Shown here: piece after piece, positions 30,562-39,723 of the stretch
How positions within the stretch are numbered: the stretch's first letter is position 1
Layout of the letters: the number at the start of each line of letters is the position of its first letter
Assembly: GCA_963822965.1 (NCBI GenBank)
Contig: CAWGJT010000001.1
Coordinates: forward strand, 192,001 to 256,000
DNA: 64,000 nucleotides
Source of the DNA: an uncultured delta proteobacterium
Lineage (GTDB): Bacteria; Myxococcota_A; UBA9160; UBA4427
Reading direction: 5' to 3'
Position numbers and translations under genes: made by a program
Notes under the pieces: generated by a model
Told to the model about the DNA's origin: nothing
Databases searched by the model: none
Seen by the model: only the letters and a program-made list of their open reading frames with translations

Positions 30562-33147
30562 GTGCTCGCCAGCCGCCTCGTCGTCCCGGTCGTTCTCGTC
30601 GCCTCGTGCCAGGTGGCGGTCGGTCTTGCCGGAGTCCTCGTTGGCGCGGCCCTGGGCTGGCCGATGGGCTCGCCCCTGCCGGCATGGGTGTTCGTCGCGC
30701 AGATGCTCGCCTTCGGCGGCACCTGCGCGGTGCTGCTGCTCGGCGCCCGCTCCGATCCCCGGATCGCGTCCCTGGCGGTGGTCTTCGCCCTGATCGCGAC
30801 CTCGTTCGCGCGCGTTCCCATCGGACTGCTGGAATCGAGGCTCGACGCGCCGATCGCGCTCGTGGCGCTGCGCTCGGTGCGGGTGGACGCCCTGCTGCCG
30901 CTCTTCGTGTGGGGCTTCTTCGGGGCGTTCCCGCGCTCCATCGACTCCCAGCGCGTCAAGCTGCTGTTGCGGGCGGCCGGGGTCGTGTCCGCCGTCGTGG
31001 GCGTCGTGCTGATGGGCGTGAACTTGCTGCTCCCCTGGCTGGCGGACGCACCCGCTGCCCTGCGCGTCCTGGACGTGGGCAATCGCGAGAGCCCGTACTG
31101 GGCGCTCGTCTACGGCGTCATGCTCCCCGCCTTCCCCGTCGCCGCCTGGCGGACCCGCACCGCAGAGCGCGACGAGCGGCGGCGCTCGGCGATCTTCGCG
31201 GCGGGCATTGGTGCTGCGGCCCTGCCGGTGGTCCTCTACGTGGTGGCCATGGGAAGCTGGCCGGCCTTCGCGAGCTGGTTCGAGCGGGGCGGTCGCAGCG
31301 TGGTGCTGCCGGTGATCGAGCTGCTGATCGTGTCGATCCCGCTCACGACGGCCTATGCGGTGCTCGTGGACCGGGTGCTGCCCGTTCGTCTCATCCTGCG
31401 CGGCGCGGTACAGCATCGCCTGGCGGGCCTCGTCGCCAGCACCGCCGCCGCCCTGCCCTTCGTCTGGATCGCGTGGTACGCCTGGCGACTCCGCGACGAG
31501 ACCGTCCGGAACCTCGTCTCGGACGAGCGCGCGCTCGCCCTCGTGTCGGCGCTGGCCGTGGGCGTGGTCACCGTGCGGGTGCGGGGACGGGCGCGGGACG
31601 CCATCGATCGGACGTTCTTCCGCGACCGCTACGACTCGCGGACGCTGCTGCGGCACGTCGCGGAGCGCTGCCAGCGCGTGGAGCGGGTCGCCGACCTGGC
31701 CGAGCTTCTGTGCGAAGAGCTCGACCGGGCGCTCCACCTGGAGTCCATCGACGTCTACGTCGCCGACCCCACCCGGGGAGCGCTGCGCTGCGCTCGAGGA
31801 CGGGGTCGGACCCTGGATCCGAGCCCGGCCTTCGTGCGAACCCTCGAGCAGGCGAGCGGCGCCGTCGAGGTGGACCTCGAACGCGCGACGTCTTCGCTGC
31901 GCGCGCTGCCCGAGCCCGACCGCCACTGGCTGGCGGACGGCGGCTACCGCCTGCTGCTGCCCCTGCGATCGTCTTCCGGAGAGCTGCTCGGCCTGGTGGC
32001 CCTGGGCGAGAAGAAGAGCGAGCTGCCCTACACGGGCGAGGACCGACAGCTGCTCGAGACGATCGGCGCGGCCGGCGCCCTGACCCTCGAGAGTCGGCTG
32101 CGCCTGGGCTCGATGCCGTTCGCCGGGCCGCCGGGAGACACGGACGCGGAGGCAGACTCCGCCCGACCCGCGCGGCTGTGCAGCGTCTGCGGACGCATCG
32201 TCGGGCGGGATGCGGCCGGCTGCGATTGCCCCGACGGCGAGATCGTCGCGGCTCCCGTTCCGGAGATCCTCTTCGGGAAGTTCGTTCTCGAGCAGCGCGT
32301 GGGCCAGGGCAGCATGGGCGTCGTGTTCCGGGCCCTCGACCGGACCCTCGACCGCACCGTCGCCATCAAGACCCTGCCCGCCACCTCGCCCGAGGAGGGG
32401 CTTCGGTTGCGTCGCGAGGCGCGCGCCATGGCCGCGGCCCTCCATCCCCACCTGGCCCTCATCTACAGCGCCGAGAGCTGGAAGGGAACGCCGATCCTCG
32501 TGACCGAGTTCCTCGCCGGAGGCAACCTCGCCGATCGCATCGCCAACGGGCGGCAGCCCGTCGACGTGGTGGCCGATCTCGGACTCCGGCTCGCCGCGGC
32601 GGTGGAGCGACTCCACGCCGCGGGCATCCTCCACCGGGACATCAAGCCCAGCAACATCGGCTTCGACGGGGAGGGCACGGTGAAGCTGCTCGACTTCGGC
32701 CTGGCGCGCGTCGTCGGGGCGCGGGTGCCGGACGCCGATCGGGAAGGTGTCACCCGGGTCGGGGCGACCGAGCCGTTCGGGCGATCGTCCACGATCGTGG
32801 AGGGGATCGTCGGAACGCCGCTGTACATGTCGCCCCAGGCCCTGGCGGGGGCGTCGCCGGACGCGCGCTTCGACCTCTGGAGCCTGGCGGTGGTGCTCTT
32901 CGAGGCGCTGGCCGGGCGTCATCCCGTCGAGCGGGAGTCGTGGTCGGAGACGCTCGCCGCCATCCAGGAGGCGCACATTCCGGACGTGCGCACCTGGGCC
33001 CAGGACTGTCCCGACGCCCTGGCGGTGTTCCTCGCCGAGGCCCTGGGGCCGGAGATCCGGCGCCGACCCCAGACGGCCCGGGAATTCCGGGATCGCTGGG
33101 CGTCGGCGATTCCAGGGGGCGCGGGAGCCGCGAGGTCCGCTGCCTGA
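30562..33147 (+). CDS. Polytopic membrane Ser/Thr kinase (about 10 TM + GAF-like + Cys knuckle + C-terminal kinase)
   Basis: Many hydrophobic segments, IDRTFFRDRYD, LGEKKSELPY..ED, CSVCG...CDC, GQGSMGVV, VAIK, HRDIKPSN, DFG, GTPLYMSPQ. Confidence 0.9.
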   Translation: MLASRLVVPVVLVASCQVAVGLAGVLVGAALGWPMGSPLPAWVFVAQMLAFGGTCAVLLLGARSDPRIASLAVVFALIATSFARVPIGLLESRLDAPIALVALRSVRVDALLPLFVWGFFGAFPRSIDSQRVKLLLRAAGVVSAVVGVVLMGVNLLLPWLADAPAALRVLDVGNRESPYWALVYGVMLPAFPVAAWRTRTAERDERRRSAIFAAGIGAAALPVVLYVVAMGSWPAFASWFERGGRSVVLPVIELLIVSIPLTTAYAVLVDRVLPVRLILRGAVQHRLAGLVASTAAALPFVWIAWYAWRLRDETVRNLVSDERALALVSALAVGVVTVRVRGRARDAIDRTFFRDRYDSRTLLRHVAERCQRVERVADLAELLCEELDRALHLESIDVYVADPTRGALRCARGRGRTLDPSPAFVRTLEQASGAVEVDLERATSSLRALPEPDRHWLADGGYRLLLPLRSSSGELLGLVALGEKKSELPYTGEDRQLLETIGAAGALTLESRLRLGSMPFAGPPGDTDAEADSARPARLCSVCGRIVGRDAAGCDCPDGEIVAAPVPEILFGKFVLEQRVGQGSMGVVFRALDRTLDRTVAIKTLPATSPEEGLRLRREARAMAAALHPHLALIYSAESWKGTPILVTEFLAGGNLADRIANGRQPVDVVADLGLRLAAAVERLHAAGILHRDIKPSNIGFDGEGTVKLLDFGLARVVGARVPDADREGVTRVGATEPFGRSSTIVEGIVGTPLYMSPQALAGASPDARFDLWSLAVVLFEALAGRHPVERESWSETLAAIQEAHIPDVRTWAQDCPDALAVFLAEALGPEIRRRPQTAREFRDRWASAIPGGAGAARSAA

Positions 33148-33161
33148 CGGACGGCGTCGGC

Positions 33162-34043
33162 TCAGTCCGCGTCGGCGAGCACGCGGGCCAGGGTGCGCGC
33201 GCCTACGGCGTGCATGCGCGGATTGTCGGCCGAGCTGGCGAGACACGCGATCGCGTGGGACAGGGCCCAGCCGCGCGCCCGCGCCCAGGTGGCGTCTTCC
33301 GCGCCGCCGGCGGCGGCCCGGAAGACGGGACGCGCGTCCGCGTCGAAGAGCATCCAGGCCACGGCCAGGTCCGTCGCCGGGTCACCCCCGGTCAGGTCGC
33401 CGAAGTCGAGGACCGCCGCCAGCCGGTCGCCCTGCACCACCAGGTTGGCGGGATGCAGGTCGCCGTGGAGCCACACCCGCCGCCCGGCGCGGGGTGCGTC
33501 CAGGGCCCGCCGCCAGCCCGCAAGCACGGCCTCGCCGTCGATCGCGTCACCGAGCAGCGCGACGCGCTCCTCGAGCATGGCGGTGCGCCCGGCGAGCGGG
33601 CCGCCGCGGAGCTCGTTGGCCGGCGCGTCGTCGGGCGCCGGCGCGTGCAGGGCCGCCACGAAGGCGCCCAGGTGGCGGGCCGCCGGCTCCGGGTCGAGCG
33701 GGGCGTCGGCCGCGGTCTCACCCTCGAACCAGGGGCAGACGCTCCACGCCCAGGGGAAGCCACGGCCGGGACGCCCGACGCGCACGGGCGCCGGGATGGG
33801 GAGCGGCAGGCGCGGCGCCAGCTCGGGCAGCCAGCGCTGCTCGTGCGCCACCAGCCGTGCGCCGAGCGCGCGCCGGGGCAGCCGCACCACCCGCTCGCGC
33901 CCCAGCCGGTAGATCGCGTTGTCCCAGCCCGGCGCGCAGGGCTCCAGGGGGAGCGCGGCCAGGTCGGGGTGCTGGTCGGACAGCAGACCCCGCACCAGCG
34001 CCGCGTCGATCTCCACCTCCGCCGCGGGCATGCGGTGGGCCAT
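33162..34043 (-). CDS. Aminoglycoside phosphotransferase (APH/choline kinase-like) family protein
   Basis: GWDNAIYRLG, VRLPRR, LHGDLHPAN, VLDFGD. Confidence 0.88.
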   Translation of the reverse strand: MAHRMPAAEVEIDAALVRGLLSDQHPDLAALPLEPCAPGWDNAIYRLGRERVVRLPRRALGARLVAHEQRWLPELAPRLPLPIPAPVRVGRPGRGFPWAWSVCPWFEGETAADAPLDPEPAARHLGAFVAALHAPAPDDAPANELRGGPLAGRTAMLEERVALLGDAIDGEAVLAGWRRALDAPRAGRRVWLHGDLHPANLVVQGDRLAAVLDFGDLTGGDPATDLAVAWMLFDADARPVFRAAAGGAEDATWARARGWALSHAIACLASSADNPRMHAVGARTLARVLADAD

Positions 34044-34106
34044 GCCGCCTCCGTCTCCACCTGCGACGTCCGTCGCGAGCCCGGGCGCCGGAGCCCCGGG
34101 ACCGGT

Positions 34107-35081
34107 TCAGGGCCGGAAGCCCGCCGCCTCCCGGCAGCGGGAGAGCACCGGACGCGCCAGGTCGCGAGCTCGCGCGGCGCCAGTGAGCAGGATGTCCTCG
34201 ACGTCGTCCGGCCGCTTGGCCAGGTCCTCGCGCCGCTCGCGCATGGGACCGAAGTGCTCGAGCAGCCGCTTCAGGATGTCCTTCTTGACCTCGCCGTAGC
34301 CGAGCCCGCCCTTGGCGGCGCGCTCCTTCATCTCGGCGCGCTCGGCCTTCGTGGCGAAGAGCGACCACAGCTGGAAGACCACGGCGCCGAAGTCCTTCGG
34401 ATCTTCGACGGGGGTCGAGTCGGTGACGATGCCCATCACCGCCTTCTTGATCTGCTTCTCGCTCGCGAACATGGGGATCACGTTGCCCGTGCTCTTGCTC
34501 ATCTTGCCGCCGTCGATCCCCGGCACCACGGCCACGTCCTCGAGGATGTAGGGCTCGGGCAGCTTCAGGGCGTCCTCGCCATAGGCCTGGTTGAAGCGCT
34601 GGGCCATGTCCCGGGTCATCTCCAGGTGCTGCTTCTGGTCCTGGCCCACCGGCACGGCGTCCGAGTCGTAGATGAGGATGTCGGCGGCCATCAGCACCGG
34701 ATACGCGAAGAGCCCGTGATCCGCGGGCTGCCCGTGGGCGACCTTGTCCTTGTAGGCGTGGGCGCGCTCGAGCATGCCCATGGGCGTCACCGTCGAGAGC
34801 AGCCAGGCGAGCTCGCACACCTCGGGGACGTCGCTCTGGCGGAAGATCGTCGAGCGCGCCGGATCGACCCCGGCGGCGAGGTAGTCCAGCGCCACGTTGA
34901 ACGTATAGGTGCGGCGGATCTTCGCGTCGCGCAGGGTCGTCATCGAGTGGTAGTCGGCGATGAAGTAGAGCGCCTCGTCGTACTGGTCCTGCAGCGTCAC
35001 GTACTGGCGCAGGGCACCGAAGTAGTTGCCGATGTGCAGGTACTCGTGGGTGGGCTGGGTGCCCGACAGGACGCGCGTCAT
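34107..35081 (-). CDS. trpS: Tryptophan--tRNA ligase
   Basis: LSGTQPT, HIGN, YPVLMAADIL, VPVGQDQKQHLE, KMSKS. Confidence 0.97.
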   Translation of the reverse strand: MTRVLSGTQPTHEYLHIGNYFGALRQYVTLQDQYDEALYFIADYHSMTTLRDAKIRRTYTFNVALDYLAAGVDPARSTIFRQSDVPEVCELAWLLSTVTPMGMLERAHAYKDKVAHGQPADHGLFAYPVLMAADILIYDSDAVPVGQDQKQHLEMTRDMAQRFNQAYGEDALKLPEPYILEDVAVVPGIDGGKMSKSTGNVIPMFASEKQIKKAVMGIVTDSTPVEDPKDFGAVVFQLWSLFATKAERAEMKERAAKGGLGYGEVKKDILKRLLEHFGPMRERREDLAKRPDDVEDILLTGAARARDLARPVLSRCREAAGFRP

Positions 35082-35151
35082 GTCCCTCGTCTCTCTTCTC
35101 TCGCTTCTCGGTTCGCTTCAGGGCTCTGCTCGGCGCGGATCGCGCGCCAGC

Positions 35152-36102
35152 TCAGGCTTCCGGGCTCGCGGGCGCGAGCCAGTGGGCGAAGGCCGGGTCC
35201 TGGCCCGACGCCACCCGGCGGAAGCGATCCTGCAGGCACTTCGAGATGGGCCCGATCTCGCCGCCCCCCAGCTTCTCGCCGTCCACGGAGACGACGGGCC
35301 ACACGCCTGCGGTGGTGCCGGTGAGGAAGGCCTCCCGGGCCCGGCCCAGCTCTTCGGGGCTCACGTCGCGTTCCACCGCGCGGATGCCCTCGGCGGCCGC
35401 CAGCTCGAGGATCGAGGCGCGGGTGACGCCCAGCAGCACGCGCCGCGGGAGCGGGGTCACCAGGGTGCCCTCCGCGTCCACCAGGAAGAGGTTCGTGGTG
35501 GGCCCCTCGGCGACGTGGCCGTCCTCGTCCACGAGCACGATCTCGTCGTAGCCCGCGGCCCGGGCCAGGGCCTTGGCGACCATGGGCGAGGCGTAGTTGG
35601 CGGACACCTTCGCCTGGGCGGGCATGATGTCCTCGCGCCGGTTCTTGCGCTCTTTCTCCACCCAGAGGCGCACCTCGCGCACCTTCGCGGGCGGCGGGCC
35701 GGGCTTGCGCGCGATGACGTCGGCCTGGGGGTCGTAGGCGGCGATGGCCAGGGCCACGTGGCCGTCCTGGGGCACCACGTCCACCTCGATGGACGGGATG
35801 TACGCGCAGGCCTTCACGGCCCGGGCCCCGGGGTTGCGGCGCACGGTCTCCAGGATGGCCGCCTCGATCTCGTCGCGGCCCTGCTCCAGGGCCAGACCCA
35901 CCATCTCGCACGAACGCAGGAAGCGCAGCACGTGGAGGTCTAGGCGGAACACGCAGGCCCCGCGGGGCGTGTCGTGCACGCTCATGTAGTCGAACACGAG
36001 CGAGCCCCGCTGGAGGCTGTGGGAGAGCACGTGGACGGTGGCCCGCTCCCAGGGAACGAGCTCGCCGTCCAGCCAGATGAGTCGGTCTACGGGCGTCTGC
36101 AC
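35152..36102 (-). CDS. PLP fold-type IV aminotransferase (IlvE-like, non-canonical specificity motif)
   Basis: IWLDGELVPW, FRLDLH..R, AKVSANY, EGPTTNLF, LLGVTR, FLTGTTA. Confidence 0.88.
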   Translation of the reverse strand: MQTPVDRLIWLDGELVPWERATVHVLSHSLQRGSLVFDYMSVHDTPRGACVFRLDLHVLRFLRSCEMVGLALEQGRDEIEAAILETVRRNPGARAVKACAYIPSIEVDVVPQDGHVALAIAAYDPQADVIARKPGPPPAKVREVRLWVEKERKNRREDIMPAQAKVSANYASPMVAKALARAAGYDEIVLVDEDGHVAEGPTTNLFLVDAEGTLVTPLPRRVLLGVTRASILELAAAEGIRAVERDVSPEELGRAREAFLTGTTAGVWPVVSVDGEKLGGGEIGPISKCLQDRFRRVASGQDPAFAHWLAPASPEA

Positions 36103-36280
36103 GGCCGGGACTGTACCCGACGGTCGCGCCGCCGGAAGCGGGGGACCGCCCCGGGGTGGGACCGCGAAAGAAATCCTGCCACGAGAGGGGTCCTCGAAGC
36201 CACTCCCCCTACGACGGATCCGGACGCGTTCGGGGTCACCCCATCCCGACCGCCGACCCCGCGATCAGAGGAGTCCATAC

Positions 36281-36421
36281 ATGACCCGCCGCAAGAGAGC
36301 GCTCTCCAGGGCCACCGATTTCGTCGTGCTGGGGCTCGTCTTCACCGCCCAGCTCTACCGCGAGCTCGCCCAGTCCGCCCTCACCCTGCTCCCCGGCCGC
36401 CGCTCGGAGTGGGAGGTCTAG
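36281..36421 (+). CDS. Small 46-aa protein with a hydrophobic core
   Basis: GAGGAG RBS; MTRRKRALSRATDFVVLGLVFTAQLYRE...; GC3-rich codons; followed by a hairpin. Confidence 0.5.
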   Translation: MTRRKRALSRATDFVVLGLVFTAQLYRELAQSALTLLPGRRSEWEV

Positions 36422-36423
36422 GG

Positions 36424-36450
36424 GCCGAAGCCGAAGGCTTCGGCGTCTTT
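36424..36450 (+). terminator. Hairpin GCCGAAGCC-GAA-GGCTTCGGC with a short T tract
   Basis: Perfect 9-bp stem between convergent genes. Further hairpins follow to about 36548. Confidence 0.5.
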
Positions 36451-36548
36451 CGAGATCCAGTCGGCCCTGGCTGCCAGCCCGACTCGCTTCGGTGTCCGAG
36501 CGAGGCCGGGTTCGGTCTCACGCGAAGCCGGACCTGGTGTCGGCTTCG

Positions 36549-36932
36549 TCAGCGGATGCGCTGCCAGTGGGCGGGCTGCGGTGCCGTCGACGGATCCGAG
36601 CCTCCGACCGTCGCCTCGCGGCGGGTTGCTGCAGCCTCGAGCACCTCGTCAGCTTCCAGCTGGTCCTGCACCCGCGACAGCGCCGCACCGCGCGCAGAGG
36701 CCCGCCGGCTGGCGGTGAGCTGCGGCTCGTTGAGCCGCACCCAGGTGCGCGCGGCGAGGGTCAGCGCCAGGCCGAGGAACGCGAGCGCCACCAGCAGCAG
36801 GTCGGCGGGCGACAGGCTGAAGAGCGTCGGTCGGTACGAGGTGGCGATGTAGATCGCCTTCAAGATCCCGCCCGCCGCCAGGGTGGTCCAGCCCAGGAAG
36901 ATCAGCAGATCGATGATCGGAAGCACGGGCAT
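36549..36932 (-). CDS. Hypothetical two-TM membrane protein
   Basis: GAGGAG RBS; MPVLPIIDLLIFLGW...LLLVALAFLGLALTLAARTWV. Confidence 0.7.
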   Translation of the reverse strand: MPVLPIIDLLIFLGWTTLAAGGILKAIYIATSYRPTLFSLSPADLLLVALAFLGLALTLAARTWVRLNEPQLTASRRASARGAALSRVQDQLEADEVLEAAATRREATVGGSDPSTAPQPAHWQRIR

Positions 36933-37279
36933 CGCGGTCGCTCCTCGGTCGTTCGGTCCCGCCCGATCCCGCTGTGCGAGAGAACGCCCCTCCATCGGGG
37001 GATGAGCCATCCTACGCTCATCGCATCCCGTGGGTCAAACATCCCAGCGACCACTTCTGACGTTTGCAGCGCGCCAGCGGCCCGACCGCCCCCGAAGCAC
37101 CTGCAACGAGGCAAAGCTGCGTCGTAGCTGCACATTTCCGGCCGGAAGCACTGCGCGAGCACGCGTCCATCCGTCCCCGTGGAAATCCCGACCCCCGCAG
37201 CTAGACTTCGCGCCCCGCCGCACCCCGTGCGGCCCGCCCGCCCGCAGCAGCTACCGCGGCCGGGAAGCCCGGGAAGCAA

Positions 37280-37355
37280 GCCGACGTAGCTCAGTTGGTA
37301 GAGCAGCTCACTCGTAATGAGCAGGTCTCCGGTTCGAGTCCGGACGTCGGCTCCA
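37280..37355 (+). tRNA. tRNA-Thr (anticodon CGT)
   Basis: GCCGACG acceptor stem, D-arm AGCTCAGTTGGTAGAGC, anticodon arm GCTCA-CTCGTAA-TGAGC, GGTTCGAGTCC, encoded CCA. Confidence 0.97.
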
Positions 37356-37660
37356 CCCGGTATCCCCGAAGCAGAGAGCCTCGGATTCGCAGGACCGCGC
37401 CAGCGACGCGCTCACTTGCGGGTCCGTGGCTCGGGCTCGAGCTCGCCCTCTCGGTCCAGCCATGAGCGCTACGCGCGTCGATGCAGCACTGCGTGCTTGC
37501 GACGGAGGCCGCGGGGTGGCGTGACCCGGCCGCTTCAAGCCGTTCCGCCGTTCCGCCGATCCACAGGGATCGGGGGCCGCGACGGGCGGCCTGCTGCTGG
37601 CGGGGGAGCCGGGTCATCGACGGAATCTTCTCGTGGATCGCGCGGTGGGAATCGCGGCTG

Positions 37661-38116
37661 ATGTTCCAGCTGGCGCTGTCCGCGGTGTGTGGCGGCATCG
37701 TCGGGCTCGAGCGGCAGCGTCGGGGCAAGGCGATCGGGATCCGCACCAGCATCCTGATCTGCCTCGCGACCATGGTCTTCGTGCGCCTGAGCGAGGATCT
37801 GTCGGTCCCGGGGTCGGGCGCGGACCCCACCCGGGTGCTGGGTCAGGTCGTGACGGGGGTCGGGTTCCTGGGCGCGGGCGTGATCGTCGCCCGGGGCGGC
37901 GAGGTCTTCGGCGTCACCTCCGCCGCGGTGGTGTGGACCCTGGCGGCCATCGGCTGCACCATCGGCATGGGTCGGGCGGTGGAGGCGCTGATCCTCTCGG
38001 GCATGGTCGTCGTCGTGCTGATCGGCGTGCGCATGCTCGAGCACGGCTTCCAGCGGCTCGCGGGCGGCTCCGACGAGCCGGACGACGATCCCACTCCTCC
38101 CGACGGACAGAAGTAG
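37661..38116 (+). CDS. MgtC/SapB family membrane protein
   Basis: GGIVGLER, GIRTSILI, DPTRVLGQVVTGVGFLGAG, GVTSAA..W. The start may be further upstream. Confidence 0.9.
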   Translation: MFQLALSAVCGGIVGLERQRRGKAIGIRTSILICLATMVFVRLSEDLSVPGSGADPTRVLGQVVTGVGFLGAGVIVARGGEVFGVTSAAVVWTLAAIGCTIGMGRAVEALILSGMVVVVLIGVRMLEHGFQRLAGGSDEPDDDPTPPDGQK

Positions 38117-38166
38117 TCGGGGCGAGCGGGCGCCACCGGCGCTCCTCTACCCGCCATCCGCTCGCA

Positions 38167-39723
38167 TCACAGCACCAGCTCGAAGCAGGTTCCGTCGGCG
38201 CCGGTCTCGAGGCGCACGTTGCCGTCGCGGGTCTCCGCCACGGCCTGCACGATGGCGAGGCCGAGGCCGGTGCCGCCCCGGTCGCGCTCGGTGGTGAAGA
38301 AGCGCTGGAAGACGCGCTCGCGGTTGCCGGGACGGATGCCCGGGCCGTGGTCGCGGACGCGGAAGACGACCCGGCCGTCGCGCCCGGAGGCCGAGAGCTC
38401 GACGGGCTTCCCGGCGCCGTGACGCACGGCGTTGTCCAGCAGGTTGCGCAGAGCGGAGTCGAGATGGTCGCGCGGGATCCGCAGCCGGGCGGGAATCCCG
38501 TCGCGCCGGAGCCGCACCGTCTCTCCGTACTCTGCCGCCAGTCCTTCCAGGTAGGCGGCCAGCGCCAGGGGCTCCGCGGTGTCGGGCGCGCTCTGGATGC
38601 GCGCCAGGTGCAACAGCTCGGAGACGAGGCGCCCCATGCGCTCGGCGTCCGCGTCGATGTTGGCGATGAAGCGTTCGCGCTCGGCGGGCTTCATCTCGTC
38701 CCACTGGTCGGCCAGCAGCTCGGCGGCGCCCCGGATGCCCGCGATGGGCGTCTTCAGCTCGTGGCTCACGTTGGCGGCGAACTCGGCGATGTACTCGGCC
38801 CGGTCCGAGAGCTGCACCAGGGTCTGATCGAGCGCGGCGCTCATCTGGCGCAGCTCTTCGGGCGAGAAGCGCGAGAGCCGGGGCGGCCGGTGGCCCTCGC
38901 CCCGGGCGATGCTGCGCGCCGCGCGCGTGATGGCGCGCAGGGGGTGCTCGATGCTGCGGGAGAGGAAGAAGCTCAGACCGACGATGAGCAGCAGACAGCC
39001 GCCCCCCGCCGCCAGGATGCGATCGCGGTCGATCCAGAGCGCCTTGGCGGCGTCGATGGCCGTGCGCGACATGCGCACGACGCCGATCACGGCGCCGTCG
39101 GCCTGGATGGGAATGGCGACGTCCACGCGCACCCGACCCCGCCGGCCGATGCTCTCGAGGGCCGGTGTGGCGCCCGTCTCCGTGCGCGCGCGCAGCACCA
39201 CGCCGTAGTGTCCCGCCAGCGCGGCTTGTACCTCCTCCAGGTGATCCAGGCACGCGCCCGGCGGCTCGCCGCTGGAGGCCACCACGCAGCCCTGGGCGTC
39301 GAGCACCCGGGCGCCGGCCAGGTTCACCCGCACGGCGCGCGCGAGGATGGGCTGGACGGCGAGACCCGCCCGCCACGCCGGTCCGCCGTCGTCGCCCCGA
39401 TAGCGCGAGGGAGCAGTTGCGGGCGGCAGCACGCCCTGCCCCAGCCGGGCCCGGGGCTCGATGGGGAAGTAGCGGTCGTCGCCGGCCTCCACGGGCATCC
39501 AGCGCGGCATGTCGTCGTGGGCGACGTGCATCTCGGCCAGCCAGGCCTCGCGCCAGGCCTCGCCGATGAGCACGCCCTGGGAGATGAGCTGCGCCTCGGT
39601 GCGGCGGATGAGCTGGTCGTCGAAGAAGCGCAGGCCCACCACCGCCAGCAGCGGAAGCGCGAGACAGAAGCCGTTGACGGCGAGCAGCAGCCCCCGGATG
39701 CCGATCCGGCGGCGGGCGCTCAC
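38167..39723 (-). CDS. Sensor histidine kinase (CreC-like)
   Basis: Two TM segments, HAMP, ANVSHELKTP, NLLDNA, DHGPGI, FFTT..GGTGLGL. GTGA overlap with the regulator. Confidence 0.92.
   Translation of the reverse strand: MSARRRIGIRGLLLAVNGFCLALPLLAVVGLRFFDDQLIRRTEAQLISQGVLIGEAWREAWLAEMHVAHDDMPRWMPVEAGDDRYFPIEPRARLGQGVLPPATAPSRYRGDDGGPAWRAGLAVQPILARAVRVNLAGARVLDAQGCVVASSGEPPGACLDHLEEVQAALAGHYGVVLRARTETGATPALESIGRRGRVRVDVAIPIQADGAVIGVVRMSRTAIDAAKALWIDRDRILAAGGGCLLLIVGLSFFLSRSIEHPLRAITRAARSIARGEGHRPPRLSRFSPEELRQMSAALDQTLVQLSDRAEYIAEFAANVSHELKTPIAGIRGAAELLADQWDEMKPAERERFIANIDADAERMGRLVSELLHLARIQSAPDTAEPLALAAYLEGLAAEYGETVRLRRDGIPARLRIPRDHLDSALRNLLDNAVRHGAGKPVELSASGRDGRVVFRVRDHGPGIRPGNRERVFQRFFTTERDRGGTGLGLAIVQAVAETRDGNVRLETGADGTCFELVL

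Noticed and set aside
33162..34043. Bona fide aminoglycoside resistance gene
   Set aside because: Only superfamily motifs are present, in a chromosomal housekeeping context with no mobile element.
37280..37355. tRNA-Thr as the integration site of an island or prophage
   Set aside because: No integrase and no duplicated tRNA 3' end were seen in the window.
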